A stretch of 63,912 nt of DNA, counting the filler, from Octopus bimaculoides (lineage: Eukaryota), in NCBI RefSeq assembly GCF_001194135.2. It is 6 parts of 6 records of this genome, joined end to end, with 100 filler letters (N's around TTAATTAATTAA, not from the genome) between each part and the next. Parts side by side here need not be neighbours in the genome. Positions count along the whole stretch, not along the records: positions 1 to 28,724 come from NC_068987.1; 5 more parts are not named here. One strand, written 5' to 3'. Both the position numbers and the translations under genes were made by a program. The notes beneath the pieces are model-generated. The model made no database searches, was not told the origin of the DNA, and saw only the letters and a program-made list of their open reading frames with translations. This document shows positions 1 to 12,909 of this stretch, one piece after another; position 1 is the first letter of the stretch; every line of letters begins with the position of its first letter.

Positions 1-384
1 GAGATGCTCATAAAAGGACATCTGACCCGCTAGAAAGAGCAGCCAAAGCTCTACACCACAAAATTAGGGATAATTTCGAAAAAGAATGAAAAATAAAAAC
101 ATTTACCATCTAAATTCCGAACCAGGTTTCAAGTTATTTTAGCAAAACAAACTATTTTGCAAGGCCAACTATCATCAGCGGAATAGCCTAGATCGACATG
201 CATGGACTCAGTCAAATCTTCTCCAAATCGACTTCTACCGCAAATAACATTTCAGACAATGCGATCTTAGACACTTGTTTCTAACAAAAACAAAAAAAAA
301 ATTAGAACTTTCATTGTTTGATTACGTTCGGTGTTACGTCGTCTGGATCAGGGACCAACTAGTTCTAAACAAGAGCAATAACAA

Positions 385-455
385 TTAGCAATTAAAACAA
401 AAAATAGCAATTAAAACGATAATTAGCAATTAAAACAATAATTAGCAATTAAAAA
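385..455. repeat. Short degenerate tandem repeat (TAGCAATTAAAAC-type unit, about 4 copies)
   Basis: Recurrent tagcaattaaaa motif visible directly. Confidence 0.7.
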
Positions 456-1095
456 GTAATCAATAAAAGAAGCAGATTCTCGTCGCTATTAAGCAAAATG
501 TAGTTGTTTGTAATCGTGTTGCTAAGGAAATATCTTCGTGGTTTTTATTGACTATGCCGAAGGCCAGTTCTGTCGGAAAAGTGGGTCTATTGATATGTAT
601 TACTTTCTTATAAAATCTGCCCAACGATATAGTTTATCGGCTCAGAACGGATAAAATAAAGCAAATTTAACCGCATAGTCAACGACTAGAGTGGCGTCTG
701 CGGGATGTTGGAATTGCATAGGGTGGCCGCTGTATACACGTGTGTTGGCTGTAGTTGAAGTTATGTTACGTTTAAAGAAGGAAGTGCCAATTTTGCTATT
801 GCACATGTAGCTGAAAACCCTCGCTTCGGCCACTGGTGGGTTGCCAGCGATCGTAGCAAGACAGGTATTGTAGAGAAGGGCGCGCTATTTTTTCCATTTA
901 TTATTGCTTTATTTTGTATTGTATATATAGGGGTCATAGAATCGTGAAGGTGCACAAACATATAGAGTTTTGAAATTTTGCACCCCTGTGAATTTTACCG
1001 CCCCCGTGTTCCGGCTCGCATTATGTCGCTACCTACACGGATTCGAACCGCAGAAAATCAAAAAGGCAGAATTGATTCGTTCTCTGTTGCTGAGA

Positions 1096-1108
1096 ATTAT
1101 TATTATCA

Positions 1109-1184
<76 letters not shown>

Positions 1185-1195
1185 CATCATTATCT
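1096..1195. repeat. (ATT)n microsatellite
   Basis: Direct; explains the poly-I and poly-Y ORFs 970..1419 and 978..1268. Confidence 0.95.
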
Positions 1196-1200
1196 ATTCA

Positions 1201-1890
1201 AAGGCGGCAGAATCGTTAGCACGCCATGCAAAATGCTTGACAGCATTTTGTCCATCCTTATGTACTGAGTTGAAATGCCACCGAGGTCGACTTTGCCTTT
1301 TATCTTTTCGGGGGTCAATAGATAAAGTACCAGTCGAACACTGGGGTCGCTATAATCGACTAGTACCCTCCCCCCCCACACACACACACACACTTAAATT
1401 TCAGGCCTTGTGTCTATAGTAAAAAGGATTATTATCAATATTATTTATTCAAAAGCGGTGAGCTGGCAGAATCATTCGCACGCCGGGTAAAATGCTTAGA
1501 GGCATTTCGTCCGTCCTTACGTTCTGAGTTCAAATTCCTTCGAGGTCGACTTTGTCTTGCATCCTTTCGGGGTCGAACACTAGATTCGATTCAATCGACT
1601 ATCCCCCTCCCCCAAAATTTTAGGCCTTGTGCCTATAGTAGAAAGAATTATTATTATTATATATTCAAAGGTGGCTCGCCGGCAGAATATGCAGCGCATT
1701 GCGCGAAATTTTTAGTGGCTTTCTTCCAACTCTTTACGTTCTGAGTTCAAATCCCATTGCGTTCAACTTTGCCTTCCATTCTTTCAAAGTCGATAAAATA
1801 AATACAAGCTGAACAGTAGAGTTGATGTCATCGATTAACCTCTAACGCACAATATTTCAGTCCTTGTGCCTATAGAGAGAAGGAATCATC
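1201..1890 (+). mobile_element. Three head-to-tail copies of tRNA-derived SINE family B (tail ...aaatttcaggccttgtgcctatagtagaaagg(att)n)
   Basis: Copies at about 1201-1436, 1451-1660 and 1667-1890. Each has the GAGCTGGCAGAATC head, a GAGTTCAAAT(T/C)CC B-box-like motif, the GTCGACTTTGCC...TTTCGGGGTCGA body and the same tail. Confidence 0.85.
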
Positions 1891-2003
1891 CAGCAGGAAG
1901 CTGACAGATTCAGGCAGAATAATCGTGACACAGAGTGTGACAAGGGCAATACCTCTGTGAATTATAAGTACAACCCGATCGACAAACTTCTACACAGTTT
2001 CCT

Positions 2004-2238
2004 ATTTCTTTATTGCTCACAAGGGGCTAAACATAGAGGGGACAAACAAGGACAGACAAAGGGATTAAGTCGATTACATCGACCCCAGAGCGTATCTGGT
2101 ACTTAATTTATCGACCCCGAAAGGAGAATGAAAGGCAAAGTCGACCTCGGCGGAATTTGAACTCAGAATGTAAAGACAGACGAAATACCGCTAAGCATTT
2201 CGCCCGGCGTGCTAACGTTTCTGCCAGCTCACCGCTTT
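2004..2238 (-). mobile_element. Full-length tRNA-derived SINE family A (same head as B; tail ...tttgtcccctctatgtttagccccttgtg...aataaagaaat)
   Basis: Near-identical to 14306-14539; A/B-box-like motifs on the minus strand. Confidence 0.9.
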
Positions 2239-3301
2239 ACACAATTTCTGTTTCCCCCACTTTCACTTATAAGTTAAGGGTCAACCCGACGCCATGGAAA
2301 ATTTTGCCCAAGGTGCTACGCAATGGGATCAAACCTGAGATCTCATAGCTGTGAAATGAACTTCCTAAGAATTTAGCCACAGTGCGCCCACTCAGTCAGT
2401 TATAACCACTACAATACTTGACTATTACTTATTTTATCGACTTCAGAAGGATATATATATGAAAGTCGACCTCTGCGGGATTTGAAACCGGAAGTATAAA
2501 AAGGTCGCCTATCTAAATACATCAAGACAAGTATTTTCTTTTTTTTTTTTTTTTACTGAAGCTCTAACGATGCTGCAAATCCATCTTTATTATTCAATGA
2601 AAATAATTACAGATCGATGAAATATTTGTGGTGCCTCATATGTGAACTATTTCTGAAAAGAGAATTATCACAATACCCGTTATTCATGCCTTGGAATCGA
2701 ACACGCTAATAACGCCAATTCAATTAGGTGTGTTCACGGCAGATAATTACAAATTAAACACCAAGAGTAATATCCAAATAGATCAATACATGCTTCGATT
2801 CACCATGCTTTTGTTGTTGCTGGAGGTTTTTTTTAATGCATAATAGGTTGGAAGGAGGAAGTTCGTTTTGATCGATCAGAGATCAAATATTTAAATTTTG
2901 TTATTTTTTTATTTTCGAATTGTTTAAAAATCGTCTTGTGTATTTATGTTAATATTATTTTATTTTCATTTTTATTTTACTTTATTTCAAATGTTTGATT
3001 TACTGTCCGCTGGATTGATCGTTTACCATTAAACAGAACTCTTTGACATTCATCTGTATTTACACTCCATTTCGGTGATGTCATAGGCAAAGCATTGAGA
3101 AGGCTGTGCTCTTGTTACCTGTAATGAAACTAACTATCTATTTACACAGGTGTATACAAGTGGAAACAGCAAATTTGTAGCTCTTTGTTAATTCAGCAGT
3201 TACTTATAAAGAATCATTTCGCGTAATTGAGAAATATTCTTCAATTCCAGTAAAGCATGTCAACCTCCTTTGGATTCTTGAATTCTAGACTGACGCTTTT
3301 G

Positions 3302-3324
3302 GTCATCATCATCATCACCACCAC

Positions 3325-3387
<63 letters not shown>
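3302..3387. repeat. (CAT)n microsatellite running into an assembly gap
   Basis: Direct. Confidence 0.95.
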
Positions 3388-4146
3388 NNNNNNNNNNNNN
3401 NNNNNNNNNNNNNNNNNNNNNNNNNNNNNNNNNNNNNNNNNNNNNNNNNNNNNNNNNNNNNNNNNNNNNNNNNNNNNNNNNNNNNNNNNNNNNNNNNNNN
3501 NNNNNNNNNNNNNNNNNNNNNNNNNNNNNNNNNNNNNNNNNNNNNNNNNNNNNNNNNNNNNNNNNNNNNNNNNNNNNNNNNNNNNNNNNNNNNNNNNNNN
3601 NNNNNNNNNNNNNNNNNNNNNNNNNNNNNNNNNNNNNNNNNNNNNNNNNNNNNNNNNNNNNNNNNNNNNNNNNNNNNNNNNNNNNNNNNNNNNNNNNNNN
3701 NNNNNNNNNNNNNNNNNNNNNNNNNNNNNNNNNNNNNNNNNNNNNNNNNNNNNNNNNNNNNNNNNNNNNNNNNNNNNNNNNNNNNNNNNNNNNNNNNNNN
3801 NNNNNNNNNNNNNNNNNNNNNNNNNNNNNNNNNNNNNNNNNNNNNNNNNNNNNNNNNNNNNNNNNNNNNNNNNNNNNNNNNNNNNNNNNNNNNNNNNNNN
3901 NNNNNNNNNNNNNNNNNNNNNNNNNNNNNNNNNNNNNNNNNNNNNNNNNNNNNNNNNNNNNNNNNNNNNNNNNNNNNNNNNNNNNNNNNNNNNNNNNNNN
4001 NNNNNNNNNNNNNNNNNNNNNNNNNNNNNNNNNNNNNNNNNNNNNNNNNNNNNNNNNNNNNNNNNNNNNNNNNNNNNNNNNNNNNNNNNNNNNNNNNNNN
4101 NNNNNNNNNNNNNNNNNNNNNNNNNNNNNNNNNNNNNNNNNNNNNN

Positions 4147-5357
<1,211 letters not shown>

Positions 5358-5729
5358 TTGGCNNNNNNNNNNNNNNNNNNNNNNNNNNNNNNNNNNNNNN
5401 NNNNNNNNNNNNNNNNNNNNNNNNNNNNNNNNNNNNNNNNNNNNNNNNNNNNNNNNNNNNNNNNNNNNNNNNNNNNNNNNNNNNNNNNNNNNNNNNNNNN
5501 NNNNNNNNNNNNNNNNNNNNNNNNNNNNNNNNNNNNNNNNNNNNNNNNNNNNNNNNNNNNNNNNNNNNNNNNNNNNNNNNNNNNNNNNNNNNNNNNNNNN
5601 NNNNNNNNNNNNNNNNNNNNNNNNNNNNNNNNNNNNNNNNNNNNNNNNNNNNNNNNNNNNNNNNNNNNNNNNNNNNNNNNNNNNNNNNNNNNNNNNNNNN
5701 NNNNNNNNNNNNNNNNTAATATATATATA

Positions 5730-5930
5730 TGACGATGATGTCCTGGGTATGACATCCAACTTCATCTGGTAGCGAGGCTCCAGTTTTCGAGTTCTGGAGT
5801 TGTGGGAAGTGTGGAGTCACCCCTTAATTACCATTCTAACTTAATTACCATTCTCCCAATTCTGTTCTAATTCGGAATGGTAGTACCTGTCAGGGTTTCA
5901 TCCTTGGGTTAAGTAAGTTTCCCAGTGGTA
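5730..5930 (+). mobile_element. Degenerate interspersed-repeat fragment (probable SINE/LINE 3' tail)
   Basis: gaggctccagtt...gtgtggagt...ggtagtacctgt.aggg resembles a repeat tail I recall from octopus DNA; single copy in this window. Confidence 0.35.
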
Positions 5931-7329
5931 GTCAGTCTCTCATTATTTTTGACAAAGCCGTGGGGAAGACAGCTCTTCTAGGAAAAAGACATTGTGACGT
6001 AAGATTTGCAGGTAAAATAGTTACCAGTCATCTTGTATTGTTTGTCACTGGAACCTACTATGGCAACCGAGAGAATGACAAATGTGTTGTACAAGCTCTT
6101 GTCACTGAAATCCAATGATGTTTAGATGTATCACTATCGAATGTTAGGCGGCTATCATCTGACAAAGTGAGGCAATCATCGTCTTATCTTCTCTCTCACA
6201 CACACATACACACACACACTGATATATATCATGCTTTATATATCCCTCCATATCTATGGCCTACTTGTATATTATATCCTGTTATATATTTCTCCTCATT
6301 CATGACTCACATGTTTGTATATCGCACTTTATATATCCTTCCATTTCCATTGCCCAAGTATATATTGTATACTAGCAAACGACCCGTCCTTTGGACGTTT
6401 AAAGTTGCTTAGATGGTATTTTTTTTTTCACCAAATAATTGAGCTAGTGAGAAGGTTTATGAGTCGTACGGCAATCTACGGTTCCGATTAACCTAGGAAC
6501 GGAAAATCAAATTGAAAGCTGATTATTGTGGAGGCCGTTGTATTTTAATGATCACAGAACATATAAGTTTGCAAGCAATGCAAAGTAGAGCTACTGGAGT
6601 GTTTTGGGAGTAGATTACAGATAATTACTAAAAAAATATTGTTTGTTTTTTTTTACATGAAATTGAAATGTCTTGTCAGAAACAGCCACATAAATGGTGT
6701 AATGAAATTGAAGGAAGACGTTGAAACTTCTCTGCTAGTTTTTTTTTTTTCAACAACAAAGGGAGCCATTTTTTCGGAGAGATAACCTAACAAAATCCAC
6801 TTTATTCTGTCTTTCCAAATAGCCTGCGCATAAACTAACAGCGAATGCTGCATAAAGTTAAATTGGTATGGAGCTTTCTGAAAGATACGTATAGCTTTCG
6901 CTAGTGGAAGCAAAACTCTTATTTAAAGGTTGATTCTTTGAGTCGAATCATCTGTGATTGTTTTTAAAAAGGCTAGAACAACAATGCTAAGAAGTATTTG
7001 AAACAATGGACAACAGTCGAAATATTATAATTGATAGGTAAATAAGCATCCTTAAAGTGAAACAACGCATTGGTAAGTAAACAAATGTGTCAAGTAACTC
7101 AGAATAGGTAAAGGTAAGCTTGCCAAAGGTTAATGCAGTTTAAATATGGAGATTAAGATTGATTGGTATTGGATATTCATCGCGCACAGTGTTCCTAGTC
7201 AATTTAATCACCGTGGCAGGTGGACAGTCGAAATAAACAAATAGACAATATCCTTTCACTTTTATAAAAAGATTTAAAAAGTATGGAAGACCTTAGCTGC
7301 AAAAGCACTAAGTCCGTTTAGGTCCATTT

Positions 7330-8320
7330 ACGTACAATACGTACATATGTATATACATACATCCGTCCGTCTACCCTTTTGTCCAATCAGTGAAACATCC
7401 ATTCATCCATTCCAGCCACCAATAAATCCATCGATCTATTCATCACNNNNNNNNNNCCACCCATCCATTTACACATCTATCCATCTATCCACCCATCCAT
7501 CCATCCATCCATCCATCCATCCATCCATACATACATACATACATACATACATGCATACATCCTTTCCTCTATCTAAACATCCATCGATCCATTGCAGCCA
7601 TCAATGAATCCATCGATCCATTCATCGTTTAGTCATCAAATCAGTCGTCTAGCCCACGATCCATCCATCTGTCCAAACGTCTATCAATCTATCCAACCAG
7701 CCGTTCATCCATATACACATACATACATACATACATAAATTCAGCTGTTCATTCATCCATCCATCTATCCATACATCCACTCCATCTACCCGTCACTCTA
7801 TCACTCTATCTACCCGTCTGTCTATCCATCGATCCATCCACTCATCCATCCATCCGTTCAGCCATTCGTTCAACCGTCTAAACAACCATCTTTCCGTCTA
7901 TGAATCCATCGATCTATTCATCATTTAATCAATCCATTTAGTCATCGAACCAGCCGTCTAACCCTCGATCCATCTATCAATCCATCATTCCGTCATTTGT
8001 CCATCCATCAATTAGATCGTGCATCAACTGATCGCTCCATCCATCAACTCAATCATCTATCAACTCATTCATCTATCAATCCATCTATTCATTCACCCAT
8101 TGATTCATCCCCCACTCCTTCCTATCATCTCGCCATCCATCTACTTTTACATCCACCTATCCATCTGCAAATCCTTCCATCAATCAATCCACCCGCCCAG
8201 CTGGTCATCCATCTGTTCACTCACTCATCCATCCACCCAACCATCCATCTACCCATCCAGTCACCCATCCATCAGTACATTCATCCCTACCCATTTCCGA
8301 TCATTAATACATAAAAAAGA
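7330..8320. repeat. About 1 kb of eroded (ATCC)n/(ATAC)n simple repeat
   Basis: Direct; strongly G-poor + strand; explains the His/Pro/Ser/Ile-rich ORFs. Confidence 0.9.
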
Positions 8321-8479
8321 GTTTTCAAATTTAACCTCACCCGTCTATGACATCACTCAATTATTATTCTTACTCATACGTAAAGGGTGTCTACAAAAAC
8401 TAGAATAACAGCTGACATTCCTCAATGGGATGGGAAGCGCTGTCGATAAATTTGACTCTATTGTAACATTGATGGTATA

Positions 8480-8736
8480 ATAAATAAGTGCGCCCTTTTA
8501 AAGCCTAGCCAGGCTCATGGGCCCGGTTTCCCGGTTTCAATGGTGTATGTGTTTCCCAGCTGGACGGGACGCCAGTCCATCGCAGCGCTACTCATTTTCG
8601 CTAACTGAGTGGACTGGAGCAACGTGAAATGAAGTGTTTTGCTCAAGAACACAACGTGTCGCCCGGTCCAGGAATCGAAACAACAATCTTACGATCATGA
8701 TGCTGACATCCTAACCACTAATCCACGCGCCTCCAC
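8480..8736 (-). mobile_element. tRNA-derived SINE family D with a 14-bp target-site duplication
   Basis: Head GTGGAGGCGCGTGGATTAGTGGTTAGG...GTTTCGATTCC; TSD acattgatggtata at 8466-8479 and 8737-8750. Confidence 0.9.
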
Positions 8737-8857
8737 ACATTGATGGTATAGAATCCCATAAAACAAAGCCCCCAACTAGCAGACCGTGGTTCATTTAGTG
8801 CCAGGCACACAGAAAGAATAAAGTTTTTAATTTTTAGTTGTATTATGTACATTGGTT

Positions 8858-9035
8858 TAAAATTTTAGCATAAGGCCAGCAATGTGAGGGGGGAGGAGGA
8901 AGTCGATTTCATCGACCTCAGTATTCAACTGGTATTTATTTTATCGACCCTGAAATCATAAAAGGCAAAGTCGACGCCGGTGGAATTTGAACTCAGAACG
9001 TAATGGTGGACGAAATGCCGCTAACCATTTTGCAA
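8858..9035 (-). mobile_element. SINE family B' (tail ...tgctggccttgtgccaaaattt), 5'-truncated
   Basis: Shares the GTCGAC...GGAATTTGAACTCAGAACG core with the other A/B copies. Confidence 0.8.
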
Positions 9036-10295
9036 AGCAAGCATCTTAGCCACTAGCTATGCCCACTTGCTAAAGATAAAATTGTATTTCTCGGTAACTC
9101 CGATGCTTCTAGATATCCTTCGTGACGCATCAAGATATAAACTGTTGCACACCTTGATATCGAATACGGACGCCTATGCACCAGAGCTACTCTTTCCCCG
9201 CAAATGCTCTGAGAATCATTGCCCCTAATAGCTCAAACAGTGATACGTAGTTCTTATAGGCTGACCTGGGGTTATCCGTGAGTCCTTAATTGAAGTCTAA
9301 AACATAACAACGTGAGTCATATAAGGCAATCTATACTGAGCGCCTGAGCTGCTAGAAATAGCTATCAAACCGCTTTATAACGTCTTAAAATAAAGGACAT
9401 TTGCAAAATGTTGTCCAGCATACACTATTACATCAAACAGGTAAAAAATGTTATAGTGAAGGCTTCAATATCTTTCATCATAGGTCTGCTTTCTTTGAGG
9501 CCAACTTGGGGCCAAAAAATAACAAAAACGACGACGACGGCAGCAGCAGCAGCAGCAGCCGCAGCAGCAACAACAAATGGTAATGAACATTTTAAAGATG
9601 AGAGGTTTCTGCTGCAACCCAGGGCTGTGCTTGCTTTACCCGCTCCTCTTATCAGAATCACTATAGCCACTATAACCGGCGTTGCCAGCGCTGCCGCCGC
9701 TACCACCGTGGTTGCCTCCTCCGTCACTGCCACCGCGGAAGCCCCGTGCAAAATGGTTATATGCACTCCTGCTCTTTGATTGAATTATATAAATTTTAAC
9801 AAAGTATCTAATTAATATAAATTAATAAGGTAACACTGTAGTCATTTAACAAGGTGTTTCAAAAGTGGAGTCATATTTTCGATACACTTACAAAGAAAGA
9901 AAAACAAGAGGACAAAATGAAAATGGGCGGNNNNNNNNNNNNNNNNNNNNNNNNNNNNNNNNNNNNNNNNNNNNNNNNNNNNNNNNNNNNNNNNNNNNNN
10001 NNNNNNNNNNNNNNNNNNNNNNNNNNNNNNNNNNNNNNNNNNNNNNNNNNNNNNNNNNNNNNNNNNNNNNNNNNNNNNNNNNNNNNNNNNNNNNNNNNNN
10101 NNNNNNNNNNNNNNNNNNNNNNNNNNNNNNNNNNNNNNNNNNNNNNNNNNAGAGAGAGAGAGAGAGAGAGAGAGAGCAATGGCTCTTATATGAAAGTGCA
10201 TTTATCTGCAGTTATGCAGCTTTTACTAGTGACAGTATGCATTATAAATTCGATTTCAGTCAAAGCCAATGACGTCAAATATGTATGTATGTATG

Positions 10296-10344
<49 letters not shown>

Positions 10345-10659
10345 ACATACACACACATGTATATATGCATAGTTAAGAATTGAAGTGTTTGGTCAATATG
10401 TATATATATATATACATGTATGTAACTATCTGTCTCTCTCTATGTGTATCGACCAATCACATGTTCAGATGAGTGCATGGTGACTTCCACTGTTTCACTG
10501 TCTTATTGCACAACGCCTCACATCGTACCATACAATGCATTTGCCCTTGTACTGCACCGTACTTTGCTGTTGTAGCAACACAAAAGGTGTGCTGGCGATG
10601 CGGTTTCAATTCTTGTTTCGATCAGTTCACTACACTCACTTTCCGTTCTCCAGTTTATA

Positions 10660-10830
10660 GCATGCCGGGCAAAATGTTTAGCGGCATTTCGTCCGTCTTT
10701 ACGTCCAGGGTTCAAATTCCGCCGAAGTCGACGTTGCCTTTCATCATTTCGGGGTCTACAAAATAAGTGCCAGTTGAGTGCTGGGGTCGATGTAAACAAC
10801 TTCTCCTCTCCCACTTCTACCAAAATTTGA
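10660..10830 (+). mobile_element. SINE family B/B' copy
   Basis: GGGTTCAAATTCCGCCGAAGTCGAC...TTTCGGGGTC core. Confidence 0.8.
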
Positions 10831-11034
10831 AATGTATAATTTTTTCATTTCCTTAGGAAATCGGCGAAAGTAAATCGACGAAAGAAATCGGCGAGATCGG
10901 CGAAATAAAAAACTGAGTGTTTTGCAAAATAGCGCAGAATTACTCAATACTTTTTCATAGATTATACGTTTATTAAACTTTTGAGAGGGGAAAATTTAAC
11001 AGTGACTTTAGACGTTTCGGTTTGCTCGCCTTCC

Positions 11035-11082
11035 ACAGTCTGTCTGACGAAGGCAAACGAAGTGAAACTTTGAAGTCACTGT
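11035..11082 (+). ncRNA. Degenerate hammerhead-like motif within a hairpin upstream of a PLE fragment
   Basis: CTGACGA (11044-11050)...GAAA-CTT-TG-AAGT-C-ACTGT. Stem I acagt/actgt needs a 4-nt bulge and stem II pairs poorly. Confidence 0.4.
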
Positions 11083-11225
11083 CAACCTTTTCTTTGTGAA
11101 AGTTAAGTAAACACGCACACACGCACACACACACACACATGTATGTACGTGTGTGCAATATGTATACGTATATAAAGAACAGTGAGTTGGCGGAATCATT
11201 ACAGCGCCAACAACACTTCAAAAGT

Positions 11226-11624
11226 AATACAACACTTCGCAAATATCTCCTCCGGGTAAAACCACCAATAGATGAGAATATGACCAAAGACTGCGTGTAC
11301 TTCATCCCATGCAGTTGTGGTAGGTTATACAAAGGCGAAACATGTCGCCCCCTCAAAATAAGGGTAGAGGAACATCGTAAAGCTGTGACATGAAGAGGTG
11401 TTGAAAAATCGGGTATAGCTGATCATGTATGCAAAAACGGAGACCACTTTCCCCTGTGGGATGAAGTTAAAATAATAGACAGGGAACCCCACTGGAGAAT
11501 ACGAAAACTAAAATAAGTAGCACATATGCTAGGACACAATAACCTCCTAAGCAGACCTAGTGTAGATATGAGTAGAATATGGGAACCAATATTAAGGAAG
11601 GATACAAAAATATTAGATTTATAA
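11226..11624 (+). mobile_element. Penelope-like element GIY-YIG endonuclease remnant (Penelope/Poseidon-like)
   Basis: NTTLRKYLLRVK...CVYFIPCSCGRLYKGETCRPLKIRVEEHRKAVT*RGVEKSGIADHV...W..VKIIDRE; internal stops. Confidence 0.88.
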
Positions 11625-11654
11625 GCCCTAAAATTCACTTTATAATTGCCTACG

Positions 11655-11925
11655 GACGTATAGCGTAATGGTTAACAGCGCGGGTTACTAACCCCCAAGA
11701 TTCCGAGTTCAATTGCAGGCACTGCCTTGAATTAATAATAATAGTAATAACTTCAGCAAAAAAAATACCTTAGGAATGAGAACCCAGGGTTGGGTTCAAA
11801 ATTCCACCAAGACGCCTGATGGAGGCTGGGGAATAAACCAGCCGAAACGTTATGGTAAGATGAGGACACATATCCGTCCAAAGTAAATAATGTACAGAAT
11901 TCCTCATCTTTAAAATATAGAACAG
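11655..11925 (+). mobile_element. tRNA-headed short element with a hammerhead-like, PLE-type tail (copy 1)
   Basis: A-box TAGCGTAATGG, loop TTACTAA, B-box GAGTTCAATT, (TAA)n spacer, then CTGATGG-A-GGCTG...CAGCC-GAAAC-GTT at 11816-11851; collinear with 44208-44495. Confidence 0.8.
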
Positions 11926-12863
11926 TGAGATTTTATTTTCTTAAACTATATCGTCCTAGCCCCGGAAGAGTTGCATAAAATAATTTGGAGTAGCATAAAA
12001 TAATTTGGATATTCTTGAAGAATATCTAAATTTTTGTTTTGCATATTGGAGTATTCCACTGTTTTTTTTTTTATATTTCTTATATTCTCTCTTTTACCTG
12101 TTTCTGTCATTAGATTTCCATCTTAAAGGATTTCGTTGAATAAATCAACCTCCGGTTGCTACATTTTTAAAACTGTGGTACTTATTCTATCGCTCTCGTT
12201 TGGCGGACCATTAAGCTATGGGGACGTAAACAAACCAACACCAGTTGTCAAGTGGTGTTGGAACAAACACAAGGAAATGCACGCATACATATATACTTTG
12301 GGGCTTGGGGCCTTGCCAGAAATATAGTCAGAGACGTCATGCAAACAGCAGAGGGGCCTTGCCGGGAGGACAGAAGCAAGAGAGGTCACGTGAGGTCATG
12401 TGATCTAACAGTTCCACCACTGATGCAGGACGATTTCTTGTCCGCTATCGACATGTCTGTGCTTCTTAGCTCTTCGCATCTATAAGTGAGTGGATTTCTC
12501 AAGGCGAATACCGCAGTAACACGGTGTTCTAACATTACGTCCGCGTTAATTAGGATATTAAAATTGCCTTTCAACAATTATAATTTTACTTCTATTTAAA
12601 TTTCTTGGTGGTTATGCAAAATGATGAAATTGGAAAGATATATATGAATTAATATTATGGAAGGAAAACTGTGCCAGAAACGAACGACGGTTTTAGATGA
12701 AGTGCTTTTGTTCTGTTCTTGTTCAGTTTTCCTTCCATACTCGTATTTTATTATGAAAGCTGCGCCATTCAATGGCTGTCGAATATTGTAAAACCTTTGT
12801 CAATAGTGCAACTGAACATTTACAGACAAAATGTTTTTTCAATATATATATATACATACATTC

Positions 12864-12909
<46 letters not shown>

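Noticed and set aside
3025-3118. Minus-strand exon-like segment (tttcattacag|G...ATG|gtaaac)
   Set aside because: All frames closed and no partner exons identified.
9401-9779. Poly-Ala/Thr ORFs
   Set aside because: Derived from (GCA)n and low-complexity sequence; no domain or splice support.
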